Source: Caecitellus pseudoparvulus
Taxonomy: Eukaryota; Protista; Bigyra: Bicosoecida
Length of the DNA: 29,288 nt
Reading direction: 5' to 3'
Assembly (NCBI GenBank): GCA_965644315.1
Contig: CBFFRQ010000173.1
Coordinates: 1-29,288 of the forward strand
Shown: positions 11,105-20,100 of the stretch, piece after piece
Numbering within the stretch: position 1 is the first letter of the stretch
Layout of the letters: the number at the start of each line of letters is the position of its first letter
Notes under the pieces: model-generated
Told to the model about the DNA's origin: nothing
Database searches by the model: none
Seen by the model: the letters and a program-made list of their open reading frames with translations, nothing else
Position numbers and translations under genes: made by a program

Positions 11105-11114
11105 CTAACCCTAA
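11105..11114 (+). repeat. Interstitial telomeric decamer CTAACCCTAA at the junction between element 2 and host DNA
   Basis: Seen directly; same terminal motif as element 1 (8172-8181). Confidence 0.85.
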
Positions 11115-13882
11115 GTGCTATCCCCTCTACACCTCTTGTTCGCATGTTTGTCAGATGCTTTTGGTCTGCCCGAAACTGTCTCTGGCTTGTGGCTTTTCGG
11201 ATTTGTGGCTCGTACTGCCACAAGCACACTCGTACTTGTGGATGCAGTGTCCTGAGAACTAGCAGACACTCTCTGGGCGCCTCCGTGCCTACTTGACATC
11301 TCCGATGCATCCACAGCAACCTCCCCATCACCTAGTTGGGGTTCTGAGCACATCGGGTTCCCAACAAGTTGCTGCTGCTTTGATTCGATTCCTGCCTCTG
11401 GCTCTTTACCAATGGGCTGTTCTCCACAGCAAGATGCTGCACAGATCCCTACGGATCCAGATTCTGCCTCACCGATCCCCCACTCCACGTGCTTGCTTCT
11501 GCGAGAAGCAGACTGTACAATTTTCCATAGCTGGGCCGCCTTCTCTTGCAGCGGTGATGGGAGACCAGCGAAAGTGCCACCTTCCAGCCTTCCCCCACTC
11601 TTGCTCAACAAAGTCTGCGAGGCTGTATCCCCCTTCGTCGGACTTCCAGCAGCTTCAGCGGGTCCTTGACTTCTCTTTGCTTTGTCCAGCTCATGGCTTT
11701 CGCTCGCCAGCGCAGTGCAATGCGTCAACAGTTCGCAAACGACATTGAAGCTGCAATGATCGCACACCCACCTGAGCCACTGATCCCCACGAGCGCGAAC
11801 GTCAATGGCACGACCACCTTCAAGCCGCAAGAGCTCACGTAAAACAGCTACATGACCCCGCTTACACGTGAGCCGGAAGCCGCCATCATCGCCCGCATGC
11901 ACATCGATTTCCCTGTGCCCCTCCAACGCCAGCAGCTCCTTCACCACCTCGACATGGCCTTCTCGGCATGCAAGTCGAAAGCCAGCCTCGGACCCGAATC
12001 TGCTGCTGGCATGCACATCAACCTCGCGCTCGCCTGTCAGAGCCAGAAGTTCGCGCACGATACCGAGGTGGCCGTTGTGGCATGCCCACCGGAACCCTGC
12101 CTCAGGCCCAACCGCGTTGCTCGCGTGCACGTCCACTGCCTCATCTCCTTCGAGGGCGAGCAGCTCTTGGAGCAAAGCCACGTCGCCAGTTCGACATGCT
12201 GAAATAAACGTGGCATCTTGTGCAGCACTCTTTTGTTCCACCTGAAGTCTGGCGATGCGCATGCTCTGTGCCCCAATGCCACGAAGCCTCGCTTCGAGGG
12301 ACACAATACTGTCGCGGTCAAGTTCGCAAGCTCGACAGGCAAGAGCGTACAAGTCTGCAAAGTCGAGATTCGCATCCCTTTCTAAGCCTGACAAGGCTCC
12401 TTGCCATGCACTTGAGTCGCCGTCGCCGAAGGATGTGAACACTGGCATCGCGCCTACCGTCTCTGTCGCAGCTCCAAGAATAGCTCTTCCAAGGGACGCC
12501 CCCTTCTCTCGAGATGCCCCTCCGCCATCACTCACCCAAATCTTTGAGCAGGCACTGAGGAGCACTTGGCAACTCCCGGACCTCAAGGACTCGACAAAAC
12601 TCCCAACACTGCAAGTGCTCAGGCCGATGACCACAAAATCAGCGACGCAGGCACTGTCCACCTTCACTCCACAAGCCTCTGCAAAAGCAAGGCTTCCAAA
12701 GACCTGAGCACATAGCAACTCCTTGGACTCAAGTTCAACGTCTCCCCATGCCTCGTCTTGCAGCATTCGGCTCAAGGGCCAGCAGCGCTCGCCATGCAGC
12801 TGCACTGCCGCAACATCTCCAACACCTCGTTGGCATGACTTGAGTTCGTCTGGCAGCTTGCAACTGAATGCCACGCTTTGCAGTGTTTGGGCAAAGCGTG
12901 GCAAGCCAAAGGCAATGCGAACCGCCTCAGCTTTTGCCACGCCCCCTGCACATTGGGCAAGAGCCTCGGAACCACTCCGCAGCTGCAGAGCCCACTGGCA
13001 GAGTTTGTCTACTTCCGTACCCCCTGATGCAGCGAGTGCGACTTTGCTGCTGTATACGCATGCGTCCTCAGCAGTAAAACAGCTGAGCTCGTCTGGCAGG
13101 TTCAGATCATCCTCGCGGCGAAGGGCGTCCACATCTACGGCCCCTGCAGACCCCAGGAGTCCCTGAAACTTCTCCACAGCACAAGCAGTCTTTTCAATCT
13201 TTTTGGATGCTGTTTCGCATTGCATGCGCCCAGCCGCAGATCCACAAAGCCAACTTGCTTGTTGGCGCAAGGAAGTGACTGCCTCCGTGATTGCCGTACT
13301 TCCCGCAGCGCTTGCCAAGGAAGCATCTCCAAAGGGAACAGGTGCCACACTTCTCGCCTTGCGGTCCAACCACCACCGAGTAAGATCCGCAAGTACGCCT
13401 TCTACTGGCCCTGGTCCGGCGCGAACGCTGTTCCAAGCCTCCACCATCGGACCCCACAATGCTTCACCATCCGGCACGACACTAGGGCTGGCACTGAGAC
13501 CAACTTGATGCAGCATCTCAATCGCAGCGAAACAGCGAAATGACAAGTACTGCAACGCAGGGCACACTTCCTCTCGCTCGCGTTGTCCTTGCAGGAGGCG
13601 AGCTTGATCCAAAAGCGCCCTCCCAGCATCCTGGAGCAGACCTACCAGCTCACCTAGCCCCACTTCACCCGATTCCTCAGCAGCAGGAGATTTCCCCTTT
13701 TCGAGGGATGTCAGGCCGCGCAAGGCATCAAGGTGCTCCATCGGCCAACCCGGCAAGCATCTCAGCTTGTCCAAACCATCGAGGACTTCACGGGGCAAGC
13801 TTCCAAGAGCAGCACCCCCGCCAGCTCCCGCATGCGCCTCAGCATGCGCAACCGCTTCATCCTGTGAGGCGAAATTGATCAT
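11111..13882 (-). CDS. Ankyrin-repeat protein (frame open to ~13981; first ATG at 13882); possibly truncated at the 3' end by the retroelement array
   Basis: 954-codon ORF with about 5 ankyrin-like repeats at ~11725-12210 (FISACRTGDVALLQELL, GFRWACHNGHLGIVRELL, GFRLACREGHVEVVKELL, GFRLTCKRGHVAVLRELL, WLRWVCDHCSFNVVCELL). Stop TAG is inside the telomeric decamer. True start or upstream exons are uncertain. Confidence 0.8.
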   Translation of the reverse strand: MINFASQDEAVAHAEAHAGAGGGAALGSLPREVLDGLDKLRCLPGWPMEHLDALRGLTSLEKGKSPAAEESGEVGLGELVGLLQDAGRALLDQARLLQGQREREEVCPALQYLSFRCFAAIEMLHQVGLSASPSVVPDGEALWGPMVEAWNSVRAGPGPVEGVLADLTRWWLDRKARSVAPVPFGDASLASAAGSTAITEAVTSLRQQASWLCGSAAGRMQCETASKKIEKTACAVEKFQGLLGSAGAVDVDALRREDDLNLPDELSCFTAEDACVYSSKVALAASGGTEVDKLCQWALQLRSGSEALAQCAGGVAKAEAVRIAFGLPRFAQTLQSVAFSCKLPDELKSCQRGVGDVAAVQLHGERCWPLSRMLQDEAWGDVELESKELLCAQVFGSLAFAEACGVKVDSACVADFVVIGLSTCSVGSFVESLRSGSCQVLLSACSKIWVSDGGGASREKGASLGRAILGAATETVGAMPVFTSFGDGDSSAWQGALSGLERDANLDFADLYALACRACELDRDSIVSLEARLRGIGAQSMRIARLQVEQKSAAQDATFISACRTGDVALLQELLALEGDEAVDVHASNAVGPEAGFRWACHNGHLGIVRELLALTGEREVDVHASSRFGSEAGFRLACREGHVEVVKELLALEGHREIDVHAGDDGGFRLTCKRGHVAVLRELLRLEGGRAIDVRARGDQWLRWVCDHCSFNVVCELLTHCTALASESHELDKAKRSQGPAEAAGSPTKGDTASQTLLSKSGGRLEGGTFAGLPSPLQEKAAQLWKIVQSASRRSKHVEWGIGEAESGSVGICAASCCGEQPIGKEPEAGIESKQQQLVGNPMCSEPQLGDGEVAVDASEMSSRHGGAQRVSASSQDTASTSTSVLVAVRATNPKSHKPETVSGRPKASDKHANKRCRGDST

Positions 13883-14967
13883 GAGATTGCGCTTGTCGGT
13901 GGAGCAGCTCTGGCTCTCACGTGCGTGGCGCAAACGCAAGTGCTTGTGGTAGCGCGCAACGTCACCGTGGTTCAATGCACTTCACTGTCGCGAATGTACC
14001 TACCATTGGAACGTGATTGCAGCAGCAGCTAAACCAATCTCAGATTGGAGTGCAAGCCTCCAAATCGTGCGCGCAGAAGATTGATGAAGATCCGGAGTGC
14101 TGGAAGGGTGAAGTTCAACTTCCGCAGCCCACCGATCCCACTCATGCAGTCAAATCAGGCGAGTCTTTCAACTGTAGACAAGAGATCAAGCTTCATAGAA
14201 GTGAGATTGCAAGTCAAAGTATAATACAATGGGGCCTTGGCTGGCGCCCTTCATAGCCCCCCCCCCCAGGATGCACATTCAATCTCAGGCGGTTTACGTT
14301 GAACTTGAGTTGCCTGGACCAGAACCACGCTTCCGAACCCCAGAGGCATAGAACTGATCTGCGAACGCAAACCGAACATGTTTTCGAGCATTCAAGCTCA
14401 CTCCGAGACTCAATCAGTTTGACTTGCTGCTCTTCGATCTTGCCACTGTTACGCTGATGCTGCGTGGCGTGTTGAAGCACCACACAACACCATTCAAACG
14501 TTTGTTCGCAACCCAGCCTTGGCATATGAAGAGCATCAATAACGGGGCCCGGTTTCTTAGCCGTGTTAGTCTTTCCATTTACCCCACGCAAGCAGGTGCA
14601 ACTCCATGACATCGAGTTTAGCGCAAAACTCAACGAGAGGCACTTTGACTCGCAACACAAACCACACCTGAGCCGAACTCGTAATGCAGCGCTTTCCCTT
14701 CTTTAAAGGCACGCTTAAACGTGCGTATAACACCACCCTTACCGTAACTCACCTGCTTGCCCCTTCGAGCTGCCACACTTTCATCACAACACTTCACAGG
14801 AGTCACAGCGAATCAACGCACAAGCGGAGCCAACATTGACTTGAGCACCCCCTTGGTCCTTTCAACTGCGAACTCCATGAGCTTGCGCCCACGTGGAGTG
14901 TCCTGCAGCCTGAGAGGCTGCCGGGCACTTGGGCTTGACATACCCTGCCTTGTCAAAATGACTAGAA

Positions 14968-15712
14968 GTGCTCGATACACTCAAGCTGGTGAACAATCCA
15001 CGCGCCTCCACAGAGGCTGCTCTTGGCACCCTTTCAGTCACGCCATCGTTGACCAGCGCCCCTTTCACTCCACGCGCTTTCAAGCCCACTCTCGTTGATG
15101 TTTTTCGTCCAGCAACGCTGCCAGGTTGTTCCGCAGACGATCGTGTCTTCCTCACATACCTCATGCACAGTTGTCAATCAGCCAGGCGCCTGGCTGGGTA
15201 CATGCACTGTCTCCTGACCAACCTGGCGTACTCCCAGCAGGCGGCTTGCAGCGCTGGACATGCTAGTGGCCAACATGGAGCAGCTCCCGCCGCCGGTGCT
15301 GGCGGAGCACACCAAACCCATGTTCGCGGCTCTTGTGCAGCGAAAAAGTGTGCCGTCCATGTTGCAAGTGCGTTCTGGTGTGGGCACCGTGCTGCTAAGC
15401 CTGTCGCTCAGTGTAGAGCCTGGGCAGGCAGGCAATATTCTGGACACGGCTGCGTCGTGGGCAGTTGGCGAGATCGATGGTGAAATTCGCCGAGTGGGGC
15501 AGCGAATGCAGGGCATAGCGGGCGCCAGCAGTCCACAGCTGCGTGTGGGGCGTCGTCTGGCCAAGGCCCTGTCACCGGCAGCGGAAGAGGTGGCCAGTGC
15601 AGTGCGTGCCATGCGCAGTGCCAAGGCAGAGCTGGCTGACGTAAAGAGCACCAAGCTGGCGGCGGGCGAGGTGAAGGCTGCTGCAGGGCGGGAGACATCT
15701 GGGCAAGACTGA
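14968..15712 (+). pseudogene. Possible frameshifted hypothetical gene (two overlapping protein-like frames joined near 15245)
   Basis: The first ~95 aa of 14968..15483 and the ORF 15260..15712 both have protein-like, helical composition and meet at one apparent frameshift; no recognisable domain. Confidence 0.35.
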
Positions 15713-17149
15713 CGGGGCTAGGTCGAGAAGGGTGATGGATCAGCCCTGACGCCTGCTTGTGAAAGCACGCAAGAGGGCCAGGTAGGGAGCACAGCCTCGT
15801 CAGACATGCCGCATGCCCAGCACGTGGGGGACGAAGACGCCATGGCAGATAGCAATGGCGATGGGATACATATTCAGGGCAGTTGTGTGAAGTGAAAGAG
15901 GGCAGTTTGGCGTTGGTGGCTGCGTCGGCTGGAACGAGTGAGACGAGGACGCCCGCTACTGCACGTGCTGTACCCATTCAAGAGGCAGACGACGGTAGAG
16001 AGCAAGGAGGCGACGATTGTGAAGGCAGTAGTGACGGGGATGTGGCCAGGTGGGGGCTTGTGGTGATGTTCAATGTGGCTTCAGGGTGACACAGGCCTTG
16101 GAGCCTGCCGCATCCCCGCTGTGGGACGCAGCGTACTACACGTGTATCGCCCGGTAGCGTCTGTGGAGGGCATACCCTCATGTGCTGCACAACGCAGCTT
16201 CCACTGGCTAGGGCGGGGGCAGGGGCAGGGGTAGTGGTGGAGGCAGTTTCCACCCCGAGGCAGGTAGTGAAAACAACGCCACCAACTCTTGCATAGCACC
16301 CACACGACCATGGAGGCAAGCAAGAAGTAATAATCACCCCACACTAGCACAATATCTGCCATGAGCAAGCAGTGCTGAGTCCCCATCCCGCCGCCTGCGC
16401 CTTGGCCAGTCAGTAGTCAGGGCCAGACAAGAAACCATCTACACAGCACAGATGATGTTCCCTGGCAGCAGCGGGGCCAATGAAGACTCACAGTTTTCAT
16501 GCCTCCCAAAGCGTGCTCCATTAAACAACTTGATGTGTCTTTCACACCAGCCTCACCCACTCGCGACGGCCTCATGCAGAATCAATCGCGCTGGCCATGG
16601 CAACCACAACCGATTTCCGCAGCAGACTTGCGTTCAATGAAAAGCTTCCTGGCAGTCTGTCACTGGGCAAGGGCAGAGTGAAAAGTCTCAGAGGGTCAAG
16701 CACCAAAAAGAGGTTTTCCATGTCCCACAAGGCCGCTTGTTCTTGACGCCTTTGCTGCCAGGCTGCAGTGGCTCTGCTTGGTTCAGGGTTACACAAGGAG
16801 CTTAGACAAAAAGACAACGTGTGCATTCTCTTTCTGGCGAAGCGAGTTGCTGAACACTGCCATGAACCTCATAGCATTCCATGTTTGCTTGGAGTTTGCA
16901 CGTAGAATTGAGGAAAGCACTGTGTTGCTTGCCCCATTCCCGTGCCACAAACTTGTCGCGCAGGATACTCACAGATTTGCACGCGACACCTGTGGATTAA
17001 TTGATCGCACCTACATCTCCATTCGGGCCTCTGCCGCAATTGAATTGCCTTTGTTGAGTTGCCGAAATATGACTGCGCACATGTACGAGCTCAACAAATG
17101 CAGCTGACAGAAAATGCATTCAGAGGAGGCCGGAGGCGCACAGAGGAAG

Positions 17150-20100
17150 TCACCCTTGGTGTCTTGGGAGCGCGATGGTCGGTCGCGCAAGCGCAACAGT
17201 TTCGCCTCCCCACACGCACAGTGGGTCAGGGAGGGGCATCGCATGCGGTACTTCCTCGACCTCCACTGCAACGTGCTTTCCCAACTCCACTGTTTCAGGA
17301 TCCCACTCTTCGTCCATCCAGTCAGCGTCGTGCAGCACCAGGATGGAGTCGTCTTCTGGAGCGGGAAGCCCCACCGCCGCGTAGCAGGCCGCAACTTGCT
17401 CCGCAAAAGTCTGAATCGGATCTAGCTGGACCGCAACGGGGCCAGCAAGCACTTCGCGAGAACCTAAATGAGCATCGCCGGCCAGCTGCATGTTGCCTGC
17501 GTCCTGCTCTTCAACACTCACCACGTACAAGGCCACATAGCTCGCCTGCCTTGGACGAACGTGGATGCTTTGCAGCACCACGCCAGACAGGTCACTGCCA
17601 GGCGCCTTGGTTCCAGCAGAGGTGCACAATTCCACGACGAACTTGTCTCTGGAGGATGCTGGAACGTGCACCAAGTCGAAAATTGCCCCCACGTCCACCC
17701 GCACGCGGATGTCGAGCTCGATCTCTGTTTGCGCTTCGAGCTCCCGCCCAGTTGGGCCGTCGCCAGGCAGCCCCAGCAGCAGCAGGGGAACTGTTTGCAT
17801 GCATGCATCCGTGCTCACCACACCCACACTGAAGCCTTTCTCGCTCGGCGAGCGCAGGGCTGTCTGGAATGCAGCAAAGTTGGCTTCGTTCAGGGCCACT
17901 GGAGTCGGGATGCTAGCCCATTTGAGCATGAAGCAGTGCTCACTCGGAAGGCTGCGCTTCTTGAGGCCTTTCAGCACTGCAGCTTGGAACTCTGGGATGG
18001 ACTCCAGCATGCTATCCTTCAGCCAGATCGTCTTAGGCGTTGACGTACTGCGCGCGAAGCAGGAGTCCGAGCTTGGGTCACTCACATCAAGCAAAGTCAG
18101 GGAAAGATTGATGCTTCTGCTTTCCTGGCCAGCACTGCTTGGCGCGTGCTGCTCAACAAGGTCGTCTACGCCGTTTGTGAACTGGATCACCTTGAAGTCT
18201 GACAATACATCACGCAGGTCACCATCCAAAGCTTCGCGGACACGCGAAGCGAGGTGCATGCTTTCGTCGTCCAGCGTGCCGCAGGCCAAGGCAGACGCCT
18301 TCAGGTGCGCCAAAGCATTGACCACATCTTGCTCACACTCAAGCGGCATTTCACCGGGAGACTGACCGATTCGACGCATCGGCTGTTCTTTCTTGGCCGC
18401 TGCCCCAGCCTGTGGGTGTCCACCGCCAAAATGTGAGCTTCCTCGTCCCCCAGTGCACATTGGCTGAGGCATGGCCTGCCCTCCGCGTGACTGCGCTTGG
18501 GGCATTGCTTGGCCTCCAGTTGGCTCCAAGCGCGCAGCTTCCCTCTCTTGCTCCCGCATTTGCTTGTGTGCGTCCAACTTCAGAGCCTCATCCGCTGCCA
18601 AGGCGTGACCGATCGGCGCACTGTCCAGGAAGTCTGGTGTGCTTGCGTCTGACGCAAAGCGGAGCTTCGGAGCATATTTGCCGCGCGAGCCCATCCCAGA
18701 GCCGTCACCCTGCTTCAAGTCTTCCGCGCTCTGCAAAATCGTGCGAAGGCGTTGAGAAAGTTGCTGGATGGTATTGGTGACAAGGACAAATGCGCCTACA
18801 AGCACGCCGTCGGCGGCCGACCCGTCATTCTTCTTGATGCCCAGCAGAACATGAGCCATGGAGATCTTTGGCTTCTTTTCTCCGTACAGTGCTGCGTGAA
18901 CAAACTGGTTATCGGCCAGCAGCGACTCTGAGGAGCTTTGGGACAGCCACGAGACGGATGCTTCCGCGAGTGCGTTCTTGAGGTGCTGCAGCATGTCCAG
19001 ATCACTCTGGGCACTCTTTGTGTCACCTTCAGCAACAAGCTCCTCAATTGTGCGAAGACGATTGTCCACTTCTTCCATGATTGACGCTGGAAGAGCGTTC
19101 TCAGCCGCCTCCTTTTCCAGGTGCTTCTGGAACTGTCGCACGAAGGACCTGTAGCTCCCCACTGCCAGTCGTCTGAGCCTTCTTGAGGTACCGGACACTT
19201 TCCCGCTGAACAAGGCCTTGTCGAGGCTGGTAGCTAGGATGCCTTCCTCGAGCAGCTTCCTCACGGAATCTGTGGCGGAGCGCAGGAGTTCGCGCCACTG
19301 CTTGTCTGTGAGTGACGAAGCCATAATCTTGCTGTCCTTCCACTCAACACCAGCTTCATCGCAGAGCAGCAGGGCTTCTTCAAGCAGGGACTGCTCCTCG
19401 GACACTTCAGGAACTTCGGGAACTTCGGGCTCTTTCTCTGCATGATCTTCATGTTGGTCAGACCGCGAACCCTCCTTGGACTCCGTTCCCGCAGGAACAT
19501 CCAGACCTGGCTTGACCTCGCTGGGCGCCGCTTGCCCACTCTTTTGCTTGAACATAAAATCCTCTCCCAAATCTGACACCTCCAACAGCATTTTCCCACG
19601 CATGACCAGCGGGAGGAGGAAGCGGGCCAGGTTCTCAATGTCCACGCTCACGTGCCCAGCAGCAAAGGGCTGCGAGTCTGCGGAGGCAGTTGTCCGTGCT
19701 GCGAGCCACTTTGCACGCGCCTCGTCACTGCTCAAGCGAAGCTTGTACTTCTCCGGCAGGAAAACATCCAGTGGCGGCTCATCAGCCCTTGGTTTCGGCA
19801 CTCTTTGAGCTTCGTAGCTGAAAGTTGCCCCACATCCACGCTTCTTCCCGCTCTGCCTCTCCGCTTCAAGACGTGCCGCAGTCTCGGCGGCACTCTCATG
19901 CGAATGCTGGCCACAGACGCCATCGTCACAGTACATCGTCCATTCCATGAGGCGCTGGCAGTCTGGGTTTGGACAGATGCTGTACTTTTGCTCATGCATG
20001 AGCTGCTGCGTACTTCGCCCTTCGTCGAAAGCAGCTTCTCGCTCCTGCTGATCAAGAATGTCGGCCTCCTCCAATGCCTTTGAGTCGTGCCCGGGTTCCA

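Larger units (their letters stand above)
8183..11114 (+). mobile_element. Non-autonomous (ORF1-only, RT-less) partner retroelement (element 2)
   Basis: Same 5' leader as element 1, a diverged ORF1 homolog, a ~620-bp 3' region without APE/RT motifs, and a 3' terminus homologous to element 1 ending …aatgcattgagtag-CTAACCCTAA (11105-11114). Confidence 0.85.

Noticed and set aside
14668-14752. Minus-strand intron (CAG|GTGAGT…CAG) linking upstream exons to the ankyrin gene
   Set aside because: Splice-like signals are present, but I could not build a continuous reading frame from there to 13975; needs RNA-seq.
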